Source: Tubiluchus corallicola (Eukaryota > Animalia > Priapulida). From it: a stretch of 64,000 nucleotides of DNA. The position numbers and the translations under genes are program-made. Under the pieces are notes generated by a model. The model searched no databases and was not told where the DNA came from. It was given only the letters and a program-made list of their open reading frames with translations. The stretch spans positions 44,899 to 108,898 of the forward strand of contig JAQGDQ010000710.1 in NCBI GenBank assembly GCA_030141605.1, read 5' to 3'. Positions 46,301 to 59,700 of the stretch are shown one piece after another. The number at the start of each line of letters is the position of its first letter. Position 1 is the stretch's first letter.

Positions 46301-49300
46301 TTGACATTATAAGATACAAGGAAATTACACTAAAAACTTAACAGTATTACAATAAATGCCCATCTTGTAAATTATAGAGCTGAAGTGTATAACAAATAAT
46401 AATATCTACTTCGTCATTTAAATAACTTTAAAACTTTGTACGAAAGCAGCAAAAAGTCAAACATATTATTAAAGGATTGGTTTCTAAAATGTTCAGTAAG
46501 CTAACAATTAGCAAAACATGTTCGTCATCTTGTATATCTCTGCCAAATATTTAAAGCCTTTAATTATGTAGAATTCTACTTCATCTACCAGTTTCCACTT
46601 CTAAACGATGGGATCACAGTCTCATACATGAAGCTGCTATACTAGAATATTTTACCAAACAAAGATTTGTAGTAATCAAAGCACCTATAGATAATTGTGG
46701 ATTAATCTTCCCGGGATAATACTGCGAAAGCATTTGGTCTGACCCTTCTTTAGGACCCATCTGAACCTTCACATTTCACATTGGATAAAATTGGTCTCCT
46801 GCAACCAGTTACACAACTAGTATTAGTATACATGTGTGTTCTCTCCTATTCTACTAATTTTAAAACCTTGTTCAACGGGATATTATCTGGTTTATAAGTA
46901 AATGCCTTATATAATTTTGATTAAACACACTTAATTGTTGGTTTAAACATAATTTATTGAAGATGTAACATATAACTAGGTTTGAAACAGACAGTTTTAC
47001 AACTGATATATGTTCTCCCCTAGTGGGAGGGAACACTAGACAGATGCAGAACAGTGGTGACCACAATGTACAAAAAATGTTGCAATAAATATGAACATTA
47101 CTATGTAACAAGAGTAACATAGTTAATACTATTTAAAGCATTTAGTGTTTGAAATAAAAGACTGTACTAAAAAAAATTTGAGTGTTCACAAAATTATCTA
47201 TGGTTCCCATGCAGGACTGTAAACATTGATGTTAAAACCTGAAAAAAGAGTGCAGAGATTTGTAAATAAGTCGTGTCTGGCCTGGTGGTAAAGACGACAG
47301 TTAAATAAGTAATGACCGACTGTTTCATAAGCAGAGCCACATTGACAATTAGGTGATACCAGCAACGCATTTTATTATATATTTTCTGAGGTATAATCGT
47401 AATTAAGTTGACAAAAACCAACTCTCATTCTAGTATGGTGTACAGATGAATTTCGAGTGCCACTTGAAAAGTAAGCAGGTCACTTATTTAAAACACATGT
47501 GATTCTTTAGTTGAGATTCAAAGATGTTTCAAGAGCTGGAATTACAGATATCAAGAGGTAAATTATTCCAACACTTAACTAATAAGTTTTGAAGAATGGT
47601 TTACAATGAACAGATAGATCTAAAACTAGAGAAAAGATAGCGAAAATACTATAAAGTCATCTAGTCTGCTATCCTTTGCCGAATATAAATAAAATGATTA
47701 TTAGACAATGGTGGACATGAAAATTAATGTTGCCAGTTTAATTTAGGATGTCATTATTAATTTTTAAACTTATGACATTTGCTATATAAATAAGTAATCC
47801 AAAGTAAAGAAAATGCACGTATTATGAAGCAGTAGACAACAGATATATGTACTGTATATAAGAAATCTGTAAGATCTTTAAATAATTCGATCACAAATAA
47901 ATGGTAAAACAGAGTTTAAAAATAATTTCTAAATCAGTAGAATATATTTTGTCCAAAAAGGTGAACGTGAACCGACCGGTATCGGTGAACAGCAAAGTTA
48001 ATCGGCTCGTATAATTTACAAGAGATTATACCAGTTTGTTGTGAAAAGTAATATCCTAAGTAAATACCAGTTTGGTTTCAGAAAAAATTATTCAACTGCC
48101 CTTGCTGTATCCGAATTAATAGACACGATCTCTCTAGACACTGACAAAAAATTACTGAATTGCGGAATATTTTTAGACTTATCAAAAGCTTTTGATACCG
48201 TACAGCATAGTATACTAATAGCCAAATTAAACCATTATGGCATCAGAGGTCTACCTTTGCAACTAATTCAGTCATATCTAACTAACAGAAAACAATTCAT
48301 ATCTATTAACAATGTATCATCAGACTATAAACACATATCGTGTGGAGTGCCACAAGGCTCTAATTTAGGACCTCTTCTATTCTTAATTTATATTAACGAT
48401 CTTCCCACATGCAGCAACTTTCGAACCCGAATATTTGCCGATGACACTAATTTGTTCATGTCTGACTCCAATATAAATAATCTGCAAAAATCTGTTAATG
48501 ACGAAATGAAAAAAATAGACCTGTGGATGAGGGCAAACCAGCTATCAATTAACTACAAAAAAACCAAATTTATGATAATCAACAATAAGCAAATTAACAA
48601 TGCTAATAATCCAAAATTTCATATTATAATAAACAAACACAAAATTGAAGAAACAGACAACATCAAATACTTGGGCCTACTCATTGATAATAAATTAACA
48701 TGGGAACCACATATAAAACACATAACATACAAATTAAGTCGAATTACTGGAATAATTTTAAAAGTAAGGCACTACGTTGACCAATATATTCTGAAACTTC
48801 TATATAATTCGTTAGTTTTCCCTTATTTACAATATTCCATCTTAACATGGGGTACGGCTTTTGCATCAATTCAAAAATTAATACAGACACAACAAAACAA
48901 AATAGTAAAACTAATAACTTTTGCTCGCAAATATGATCATGCTACACCATCGTTCGTAAAATTAGAAATTTTAAAAGTAAGAGATATTTACAATCTTGAG
49001 TTGTTCAAATTTATGTATAAATTCAATGCTGGTTTATTACCCGAACTTTTTAGTGAATATTTCACTAATGTTTCTGATATACATTCCTACTCCACAAGAG
49101 CTGCTTCTAATGAACAGTATTTTGTGGAGAGATTTTTTACCCGACATGGTTTCAATAGCTTAAAATCACGAGGAGTTAAATTATGGAACTCGTTGCCAAA
49201 AGATACCTTTGGAGGTAGCTTATTTTCTGCTTCCAAAAAATACACAAAATTCTTACTAAATGAATATACCTGTAATACATAACTTGTAAGACTAATAAGC

Positions 49301-50066
49301 AAGCTATCAAGTGTTTTTTTTTCTCACCTAAGTAATTGTTGCTCTTTCTTATACTTACTTTTTCTCTTAAATTTTCTATATTACACTTTTTTTGATACTT
49401 ATTTTATCTCTCCATACAGTCAAAATCCCCTGTCAATAACGCCCCTATTTGAAAATATATGTAATAATCATAATTACTTGTATTAATTGTATTGTTTTGT
49501 TTAGATTTAGGTGTCATCTAACTTTATTATTTTTTGTTTTCACTTATACTGTTTTCATTTATACTTTGTTTTCGTTTATACTGTTTATTATTATTATTTT
49601 TTTCCTATTTGATTTTGTTATCCGCAGTCTCACCGTTTACTTTTAATATACTAATTTAATTATAAGACAGGGCAGGAGACTAGATGACCCTATGGTCCTT
49701 CCCTGCCCTGCTCCACTACTATAATTAAGTAATATTTAAAAAAAAAAAAACTTGTCATGTCAAACAAATGGAGAAAATAAATGTTCTATGTCTATGTCTA
49801 TGTCGTAGCCCAAAATTCTGATCGGCTCATCACTATAGTGAAGAAGGCCTATATAATTGGTGCTTTGTTATTAGGGAAACCAAACCAACCTGTAAATATA
49901 GATGTAAATCAAGCACATTATTAGCATTTTTCGAATCGCTGACGAACTCCTTTGTTTTCTTCCTTATGTCAGCAATAACTTTTTTTGAGTTGCCTTCTAA
50001 AGCATTTATCTCTCTCTGTTCCTCACTTTTTTTGATGGAGTAAACATTGCACGTGGACGCCGCCAT
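34328..50066 (-). CDS. NOC4L: Nucleolar complex protein 4 homolog, complete 12-exon gene (529 aa)
   Basis: Exons 50066-49890, 45981-45861, 45218-45115, 43529-43425, 42691-42545, 41936-41828, 40473-40394, 40123-39951, 38852-38742, 36401-36241, 35477-35278, 34429-34328 (1590 nt, phases consistent). Motifs ELALCTLMKFVKLEG, EFLEYDDV, LYKKIL..HDKILPHL.QP.LL.DFLT, HNLEYPDFY.KLY, KYRARFF, HLPAYLVAAFIKRLARL, SSLWEI. Confidence 0.95.
37433..38013. mobile_element. hAT-type MITE with 8-bp TSD in NOC4L intron 9
   Basis: TIRs CAGTGGCAGCTCGT ... ACGAGCTGTAACTG, subterminal GGGGGTGCTGC near both ends, flanks CAGTTAAC / CAATTAAC. Confidence 0.78.
39562..39930. repeat. Old diverged tandem duplication (~165-bp units, ~205-bp spacing) in NOC4L intron 8
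   Basis: AAAATAArCTGTTGCTAAAACTG...AACATAATACTGTTGAAA.CTTAACT at ~39562 and ~39768. Confidence 0.8.
42984..43281. mobile_element. piggyBac-like MITE (mirror copy 57540-57836)
   Basis: TTAA-CACGCTGCCTGTCA ... TGGCAATTAACGTG-TTAA. Confidence 0.55.
44519..44863. mobile_element. Fold-back element with ~115-145-bp imperfect inverted arms around a tRNA-like core (mirror 55958-56302)
   Basis: Arms GATTGCCAGAA.TTTTATAAACCATTGC.GTTTATTTT match in inverted orientation; core TGGTAGCTCAGCTGGTAAAG (A box) and GGTTCAAATCCC (B box). Confidence 0.75.
48011..49804 (+). mobile_element. Young 5'-truncated CR1/L2-group LINE with intact RT ORF (48011/48041-49282), antisense in NOC4L intron 1
   Basis: IIYKRLYQF...QFGFR, FLDLSKAFDTV, GVPQGSNLGPLLFLIYINDL, FADDT, KYLG with no stops; 3'UTR stem-loop near 49670-49713 and AATAAA followed by (TCTATG)n tail. 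Confidence 0.93.
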
Positions 50067-50173
50067 GTCTGTGAAGTGCTGCGAGAATATTCGCTAAAAA
50101 GTTGAAAACTTCATTCAGGTTCAGCTTATTTTTGACTACTCCTTCTTCAAATTCCAAAATGTAAGTAATAATA

Positions 50174-50191
50174 AACAACAACAACAACAAC

Positions 50192-50230
<39 letters not shown>
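50174..50230. repeat. Compound (AAC)n(AAT)13 microsatellite (mirror 50604-50660)
   Basis: Directly visible; identical length in both arms. Confidence 0.95.
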
Positions 50231-50231
<1 letters not shown>

Positions 50232-50602
50232 GGGGTGAGCAATGAACGTTTGAGTTCGAACGAATTTTTTAAGTTCGAATTTGATTCGAACCTGAAAATT
50301 CGAATAATTCAGCACTTCACAACCACATACGTTCTCTACCATTAAAATGTTTGAAACATCATGCAATAGTGCAATTTAGCTGCAATTTCTGTGCAAAATT
50401 TTTAAGAAACTAATAGTGGTTTTACTGCAGAACAAAATCAAGTAATACGCGTAATCTCCGTAAGACCACTTTTTAGTAATGGTTCTAAAAATCTTTCAAA
50501 CTCAATTTGAATTCGCAATACTGAAATTTGGTGCGATTCGAATTTGAAAGTCGCTAATTCGGTTCGATTCGAATTCACTTTCTAACAGAGAATGCTCACC
50601 CC

Positions 50603-50604
<2 letters not shown>
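50230..50604. mobile_element. hAT-type MITE (375 bp) forming the palindrome centre
   Basis: TIRs TAGGGGTGAGCA ... TGCTCACCCCTA with clustered subterminal TTCGAA/GATTCG motifs; no direct TSD because both flanks are the same sequence inverted. Confidence 0.75.
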
Positions 50605-50642
<38 letters not shown>

Positions 50643-50767
50643 GTTGTTGTTGTTGTTGTTTATTATTACTTACATTTTGGAATTTGAAGAAGGAGTAGTC
50701 AAAAATAAGCTGAACCTGAATGAAGTTTTCAACTTTTTAGCGAATATTCTCGCAGCACTTCACAGAC

Positions 50768-53700
50768 ATGGCGGCGTCCACGTGCAATGTTTACTCCATC
50801 AAAAAAAGTGAGGAACAGAGAGAGATAAATGCTTTAGAAGGCAACTCAAAAAAAGTTATTGCTGACATAAGGAAGAAAACAAAGGAGTTCGTCAGCGATT
50901 CGAAAAATGCTAATAATGTGCTTGATTTACATCTATATTTACAGGTTGGTTTGGTTTCCCTAATAACAAAGCACCAATTATATAGGCCTTCTTCACTATA
51001 GTGATGAGCCGATCAGAATTTTGGGCTACGACATAGACATAGACATAGAACATTTATTTTCTCCATTTGTTTGACATGACAAGTTTTTTTTTTTTTAAAT
51101 ATTACTTAATTATAGTAGTGGAGCAGGGCAGGGAAGGACCATAGGGTCATCTAGTCTCCTGCCCTGTCTTATAATTAAATTAGTATATTAAAAGTAAACG
51201 GTGAGACTGCGGATAACAAAATCAAATAGGAAAAAAATAATAATAATAAACAGTATAAACGAAAACAAAGTATAAATGAAAACAGTATAAGTGAAAACAA
51301 AAAATAATAAAGTTAGATGACACCTAAATCTAAACAAAACAATACAATTAATACAAGTAATTATGATTATTACATATATTTTCAAATAGGGGCGTTATTG
51401 ACAGGGGATTTTGACTGTATGGAGAGATAAAATAAGTATCAAAAAAAGTGTAATATAGAAAATTTAAGAGAAAAAGTAAGTATAAGAAAGAGCAACAATT
51501 ACTTAGGTGAGAAAAAAAAACACTTGATAGCTTGCTTATTAGTCTTACAAGTTATGTATTACAGGTATATTCATTTAGTAAGAATTTTGTGTATTTTTTG
51601 GAAGCAGAAAATAAGCTACCTCCAAAGGTATCTTTTGGCAACGAGTTCCATAATTTAACTCCTCGTGATTTTAGGCTATTGAAACCATGTCGGGTAAAAA
51701 ATCTCTCCACAAAATACTGTTCATTAGAAGCAGCTCTTGTGGAGTAGGAATGTATATCAGAAACATTAGTGAAATATTCACTAAAAAGTTCGGGTAATAA
51801 ACCAGCATTGAATTTATACATAAATTTGAACAACTCAAGATTGTAAATATCTCTTACTTTTAAAATTTCTAATTTTACGAACGATGGTGTAGCATGATCA
51901 TATTTGCGAGCAAAAGTTATTAGTTTTACTATTTTGTTTTGTTGTGTCTGTATTAATTTTTGAATTGATGCAAAAGCCGTACCCCATGTTAAGATGGAAT
52001 ATTGTAAATAAGGGAAAACTAACGAATTATATAGAAGTTTCAGAATATATTGGTCAACGTAGTGCCTTACTTTTAAAATTATTCCAGTAATTCGACTTAA
52101 TTTGTATGTTATGTGTTTTATATGTGGTTCCCATGTTAATTTATTATCAATGAGTAGGCCCAAGTATTTGATGTTGTCTGTTTCTTCAATTTTGTGTTTG
52201 TTTATTATAATATGAAATTTTGGATTATTAGCATTGTTAATTTGCTTATTGTTGATTATCATAAATTTGGTTTTTTTGTAGTTAATTGATAGCTGGTTTG
52301 CCCTCATCCACAGGTCTATTTTTTTCATTTCGTCATTAACAGATTTTTGCAGATTATTTATATTGGAGTCAGACATGAACAAATTAGTGTCATCGGCAAA
52401 TATTCGGGTTCGAAAGTTGCTGCATGTGGGAAGATCGTTAATATAAATTAAGAATAGAAGAGGTCCTAAATTAGAGCCTTGTGGCACTCCACACGATATG
52501 TGTTTATAGTCTGATGATACATTGTTAATAGATATGAATTGTTTTCTGTTAGTTAGATATGACTGAATTAGTTGCAAAGGTAGACCTCTGATGCCATAAT
52601 GGTTTAATTTGGCTATTAGTATACTATGCTGTACGGTATCAAAAGCTTTTGATAAGTCTAAAAATATTCCGCAATTCAGTAATTTTTTGTCAGTGTCTAG
52701 AGAGATCGTGTCTATTAATTCGGATACAGCAAGGGCAGTTGAATAATTTTTTCTGAAACCAAACTGGTATTTACTTAGGATATTACTTTTCACAACAAAC
52801 TGGTATAATCACGAGCCGATTAACTTTGCTGTTCACCGATACCGGTCGGTTCACGTTCACCTTTTTGGACAAAATATATTCTACTGATTTAGAAATTATT
52901 TTTAAACTCTGTTTTACCATTTATTTGTGATCGAATTATTTAAAGATTTTACAGATTTCTTATATACAGTACATATATCTGTTGTCTACTGCTTCATAAT
53001 ACGTGCATTTTCTTTACTTTGGATTACTTATTTATATAGCAAATGTCATAAGTTTAAAAATTAATAATGACATCCTAAATTAAACTGGCAACATTAATTT
53101 TCATGTCCACCATTGTCTAATAATCATTTTATTTATATTCGGCAAAGGATAGCAGACTAGATGACTTTATAGTATTTTCGCTATCTTTTCTCTAGTTTTA
53201 GATCTATCTGTTCATTGTAAACCATTCTTCAAAACTTATTAGTTAAGTGTTGGAATAATTTACCTCTTGATATCTGTAATTCCAGCTCTTGAAACATCTT
53301 TGAATCTCAACTAAAGAATCACATGTGTTTTAAATAAGTGACCTGCTTACTTTTCAAGTGGCACTCGAAATTCATCTGTACACCATACTAGAATGAGAGT
53401 TGGTTTTTGTCAACTTAATTACGATTATACCTCAGAAAATATATAATAAAATGCTTTGCTGGTATCACCTAATTGTCAATGTGGCTCTGCTTATGAAACA
53501 GTCGGTCATTACTTATTTAACTGTCGTCTTTACCACCAGGCCAGACACGACTTATTTACAAATCTCTGCACTCTTTTTTCAGGTTTTAACATCAATGTTT
53601 ACAGTCCTGCATGGGAACCATAGATAATTTTGTGAACACTCAAATTTTTTTTAGTACAGTCTTTTATTTCAAACACTAAATGCTTTAAATAGTATTAACT

Positions 53701-56700
53701 ATGTTACTCTTGTTACATAGTAATGTTCATATTTATTGCAACATTTTTTGTACATTGTGGTCACCACTGTTCTGCATCTGTCTAGTGTTCCCTCCCACTA
53801 GGGGAGAACATATATCAGTTGTAAAACTGTCTGTTTCAAACCTAGTTATATGTTACATCTTCAATAAATTATGTTTAAACCAACAATTAAGTGTGTTTAA
53901 TCAAAATTATATAAGGCATTTACTTATAAACCAGATAATATCCCGTTGAACAAGGTTTTAAAATTAGTAGAATAGGAGAGAACACACATGTATACTAATA
54001 CTAGTTGTGTAACTGGTTGCAGGAGACCAATTTTATCCAATGTGAAATGTGAAGGTTCAGATGGGTCCTAAAGAAGGGTCAGACCAAATGCTTTCGCAGT
54101 ATTATCCCGGGAAGATTAATCCACAATTATCTATAGGTGCTTTGTATACTACAAATCTTTGTTTGGTAAAATATTCTAGTATAGCAGCTTCATGTATGAG
54201 ACTGTGATCCCATCGTTTAGAAGTGGAAACTGGTAGATGAAGTAGAATTCTACATAATTAAAGGCTTTAAATATTTGGCAGAGATATACAAGATGACGAA
54301 CATGTTTTGCTAATTGTTAGCTTACTGAACATTTTAGAAACCAATCCTTTAATAATATGTTTGACTTTTTGCTGCTTTCGTACAAAGTTTTAAAGTTATT
54401 TAAATGACGAAGTAGATATTATTATTTGTTATACACTTCAGCTCTATAATTTACAAGATGGGCATTTATTGTAATACTGTTAAGTTTTTAGTGTAATTTC
54501 CTTGTATCTTATAATGTCAATAAATAAACTAACTAAAAAATGGCCAATGCCCACTTAATGCGGTAGAAAATCGAAAAGACGGTTAAACAAAATATGGTTG
54601 CTGCATCTACAGTCATACCGCTTTGTACCGCCCATTTTGGGACTTCAAAAAAGTTGACATTATAACGAGATGCATTAATACATACATGTCAGTACGTTAA
54701 ACATGTCAAAACTTTTGCCTTAACTTATATTTTTATTATTACATTTTATGGCATATTCGGCTCAATATATTGCAATTTTCCACACTGTTACACTTGTATA
54801 AAATTAATGTTCTCACATTAAATTAAACATTCTTAAAAGGATGAGAAAAGACCTGAGATTTTGCTAGCGAGTATCCAAGCATTGCATAAAATGTTTTCCC
54901 ATGTTCTTGGTAATGACAGCATGGTTGTGTCGAAGTCAGTTGAGCATCTTGTAGACATGGGTAAGTGTGATATTACAGTGCTTATTAAAATTTCATGTTT
55001 TTAACTAAATACTTGAATTTTCACAATCCTATTGCAATGTTGGCTTGCCATTATTCACATACACAGTTTCTGATTATTCATATTACATTTCTGATTAGTT
55101 TAAAATTTCATGAAATATAGTGTTTCGATTTATTTTCGATCACATATTTACAGTCGAGTTACATAAGTGGTTCAATTAAAAAAAAATTGTAGACTAGTAG
55201 TAAAAGTAAAATAAATATTAAACACTGACAACAACAACAAAAAAGTAGGTATGGATATTATTTATGTGCAAGAAGACAAAGCAACTAATTTAAAAAGACA
55301 CCACTTATTCTAACATTTCTGTTAATTGGTACTTTGACAAAAAATAAAATGTCCTATTTCCTATACAACTTATGCAATCTTTTGTTAACTTTATTGTCAC
55401 TAGCCGCCTAGAAATTATATCGCATTGTTTCGTGATCTTACGGGGTAATACTTGAAAATTTGTAAATATGTCTTTCAAGATTTCTAAATACATCTTTCAA
55501 GATAACATTCTTTTCTGTAACAATTTTATGCAAGTTGAAAACCATTATTGATTACTTTATTGTTTGACTAAAAAGTTAACTGTCGAGTTATTACATTCTT
55601 AGATCTTACACCCAAGGAAAAAGTAAGAGTTTGGCTACAGGACTGCTATAAAGAATCCATCCAAAAACTTTTGGAACTGCTACACAGTGATAATAGTTCT
55701 GTTGCAGTATGTATTAGCATTTAGTTATTCTGAGTGTGAGATCTTCTTTGCATGTTCATGCTCATTTTAAATGCATTATTATGACATTTTATTAATTCTC
55801 ATCTGTGCTGAATTCTTTATGTACTTAATGCAGTGTTATGGATAGTTACACAAATTATTCTCCAGCTCTTTCTTCTAAATGATCTATTATAATCTGCTAG
55901 CATTTTTGCACTTCTGGTATCAATACTTTCCCAAATTAGCTGGTGCCTAACGATATCATTAATTAATTGTGACTTTGATTGCCAGAATTTTTATAAACCA
56001 TTGCTGTTTATTTTTCCAATTATTACTCATTTCGGGTAATGAGTTTGAGAAAGAAAAGAGACACTGAATAATTGTTTACAAGACGGGATTTGAACCTGAG
56101 ATCTAAGATTAGTACTTCCATGCTTTACCAGCTGAGCTACCAGTCAATGTGACAGAGCAGGCTTGAGATTTCTTCCTTGTAATTCACAATTTTCAGCATC
56201 TCCTTTCTTTTTCCAGATCATTATCTGCAATGGATAATAATTGCTAAAATAAACCGCAATGGTTTATAAAACTTCTGGCAATCTCTGTCATAATTCATTA
56301 ATTATTTTTGCACTTCTTTTTGAAAGTTTCTGCTAGGTCTTTTCCACCCAGGCTATGGTTGTGATTGATTTTTTTCTAATGTTTGTCTTACAGAAGCAGT
56401 CAGCTACTTAAAAGTGTTTTCGAAGGCGGTAATTAAGTTTCATACCAAAACTGGAAAGTTCTGAGAGGAGTTTATTAAGTTTGGGTTTTTTTAATTCTAA
56501 GCAAACTTGCAAACACTGTAGCTGTATTTTCTCAATTTTGACACTAAACATGGTGGTAAATTAGCCCTTGTTTTAAAATTCACTTAGATAGCTCAGCTGA
56601 GTAGTAGCAGCCAAAAAGAAGACTACAAGTCAAACAAGACATTGTTGTTTTTGTTTTGTACATATTTCAAGCACAAACAATTTTTGACCATCTCTGTATG

Positions 56701-59700
56701 ATGTTTGTTTTTCGCATGTGGAAGTCTTAATGTTTCATTATTGATCCCGAAAGTGTCCTGAGATATGCAAAATGAATAACGTGTATAAAATGTGCCAATA
56801 ATTACCCATTAGCATAAGAAACCACAAAAAATCAATAGCTTAAGCAATTATATTTTATTAGAAATATATGCTGAAAAGTATTTATAATTTAATATCCTAT
56901 CATGAGTCATTACCAGATGCTTAAGATCTTGCAATGCACGAAGTTGCTAAAATCTGATTAGAGTGAAAAAATTTTAAAAGTTTGAAATTTGTTTGCTTAA
57001 TTCCTGCTACATTTTGCTTTTAATATTAAATTTTACTTTTGGCTTCAGGTCGTGAATGAAATATTCTGTTTATTGCATTTCACTGCATTTTTATTCAAAT
57101 ACAGTATTAACCAATCATATTTTGCATGTTATGTTTTTGACTTTTGAAACATTTATCCTGCAAATTAGTATTTACTGCAAACTTTTTACACATAAATTAA
57201 AGCATTTTTGGTTCATTTTTTAAATATTATAAATTATTCCTTTCTTATTTTCTTCGAACTGACACTATAATAAGTTGTCTGTTTATTATAGGAGTTGGCT
57301 TTATGTACCCTAATGAAGTTTGTAAAATTAGAAGGAAGCCATCCATTAGTTGTTAAACCTGAAAATTCCTCAACTTTTCCTACTGTACTGATGAATGTAA
57401 GTACTTGTAGTTAAAACCCACTATCTGCCTTATATTTCTGAAATCTGCATTGGACTGAAAGTGGTTTTGTTATGATACTGTTTGGCCATCATTGAGGTAG
57501 TTCTGTTTTTTGCTTCACAAACAATCGATCAATCAATCATTAACACGTTAATTGCCAACTACCAGTATACACCTGGTAGATGGTGCGTCACCCACTGCTA
57601 CTAGGAGCATGCTCGTTGATGATTAAATGATGCCATGCACAGAAAAGCTTAGTACTCTGCCAGTACACCTAAATGTGTTAATGACAGTTGGCTGGGTGCT
57701 CTCAGATATGCTCTGGCGTGAAATGGCATAATTTTAACGGCAAGTGGTATATGTGACGTCATATGCCAGCTACAAGTTATCTCGTGCTGGCAATTAAAAA
57801 AACACTAGGATAATGGCGTGACAGGCAGCGTGTTAATTTTGTGCTTAAGTTTGTGGGATAATTAACTTTTTCTTTAATATGCAATAATATATCATCATTG
57901 TCAGTAATGTAAATATTCAGCTTACAATATTACCTTTCACTGCGCTATAACACGTAGAGTAGCTGTTTAATTGTGAATGCTAACAGAAATTCAAGCTCAT
58001 TATTTATTAACCGAAAATGTAATGCCATTAATACCAATGTAACGCATTCAAGTGTGAAACATGCTTGAATATAATTATTAAACTTGTTTTTTTATTGACT
58101 TTATAGTCAGATGCTTCATTTTTTTTAGAAAATACTAAAGGAGCTGTTGTCGACAAATGATGACATGAGAAAAGTTATTACAAGATTCCAAGAGTTCCTG
58201 GAATATGATGATGTTAAAATTTTTGTGCTAAGGCTACTGAATGAAAAGGGATATATTAGTGGGAGTGAAAAACAGGTAAAAAAATTTGGTTTTTGCAGTT
58301 TTTCTCAGAAATTATTAATTTTTCATTTAGTTTGGTATTTTGTACTCAATGGCATGTTCTGCCTTTAATGTTCAATGGTTATGGGAATCTTAAGGATAGG
58401 AGCCTTCTAAGGTGAGCTGCTGAACTGCCAAAGTTCAGAATGGCTTATGAAGCAAAGCTTTCTTGATGATCACTTATCAATTTACACACTGAGTTAACGT
58501 TTGAGCAAAAATATTTAATGACAACACAGTTATTGCCTGTGTTTACTGCTGTTTCTTGCTGTTAGTATTAATGTGTTTATGCTTTACGATTTTACACATC
58601 CTATAGCTAGGTATTCTTTTTTATTTATAAATGATAAAAGATAGGAAACATTGTGTCATAGTCATTGTGATGATATTAGCATTTAGCATAAACCATTAAA
58701 TACGTTTAAAAGAATGTTCAGACTTGAAAAATAGGTGTTGTTTAAGCAATTTGCAATTCAGACTTTTGCCGTGAATATGGCTACAAAAAGCTGTCTAAAA
58801 CTTCAAATAAATGTACATTTTTATTGCCTTTCTTGAAAAACGGAAGATTTTTTTAATTACTTGTTGGCGATTTTATTTTTTAGAACAAGTCAAGTGATGT
58901 GTACATGAATAATGTAATAAATTTATTGTCACTTGTTGCCATTACTGGAAATGATTCAGATTTGCTGGAACATTGTTTAACTGAAACATCAGGTTTGCTA
59001 TTAAAACGTTGATATTTTTTACTTATAATTTGAACGGAATCTTTCCTCTTTATGTATGGGTTGTGCAGTTTATAAAATAAGTACCTTACTCTTTGTACAT
59101 CTTTTTTCTTGCCTGAAAATGACCTGTGGGTTAACTATCTTGAGTGCAAACATTTTTAAAGAGCGGTTTACATTTAAGAATTATTACTTTTGAAATTTAA
59201 TTTCTCAGGATTACATGCTCACAGCCAACCTGTTTCTTGGATATACTTTGTGTGAATGCGTAACTAAACAATTAACTATGAGCTCACGATAGCCTTGGCT
59301 AATTACGATTACGCTCGTGCTTGAATAGTAAAATTTGAAATTGTAATCTAAGGATTTGTCAAGTTTTTAGGTTTCAGGATCGGTTTCTGCGTTTGCAAAA
59401 ATATGCTCAGTGCTTCCATTATCGGTACTGGCGTTCCGGATTGTTCTGAACTGCCTGAACTAATATTTAGAAATTCTAAAAAATATGATGAAGGTTAATT
59501 CTGTCTCTACTTTTTTTGGTCCAGTAGTCCTTCTAGACATTTTTTACTTCAGCCTATTAAAGCTTTAGGCTGTAGGACTTGATTATTTTGGTGAAAGGAC
59601 AGCGCATGCTTCAGGGTCTATGGGTCCGAGAACATATTGTAGGACAATGAATAAAGAGAGCAAATGGCTTTAAAAGGTCTTTGAGCTCGCCACTCAATAG

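Larger units (their letters stand above)
40307..50241. repeat. Left arm of ~9.9-kb inverted repeat (giant palindrome)
   Basis: Reverse complement of 50593-60513; mirrored ORFs (48041/52793, 49833/51001, 47194/53627, 42452/58368, 40310/60510) give near-constant coordinate sums 100834/100821/100820. Confidence 0.98.

Noticed and set aside
48041-52793. Two independent RT genes or a retron/DGR-like system
   Set aside because: One 5'-truncated eukaryotic CR1/L2-group LINE duplicated passively by the palindrome.
58400-58560. Hairpin and TGATGA motif suggesting an intronic snoRNA
   Set aside because: No properly spaced terminal D box and no convincing H/ACA boxes.
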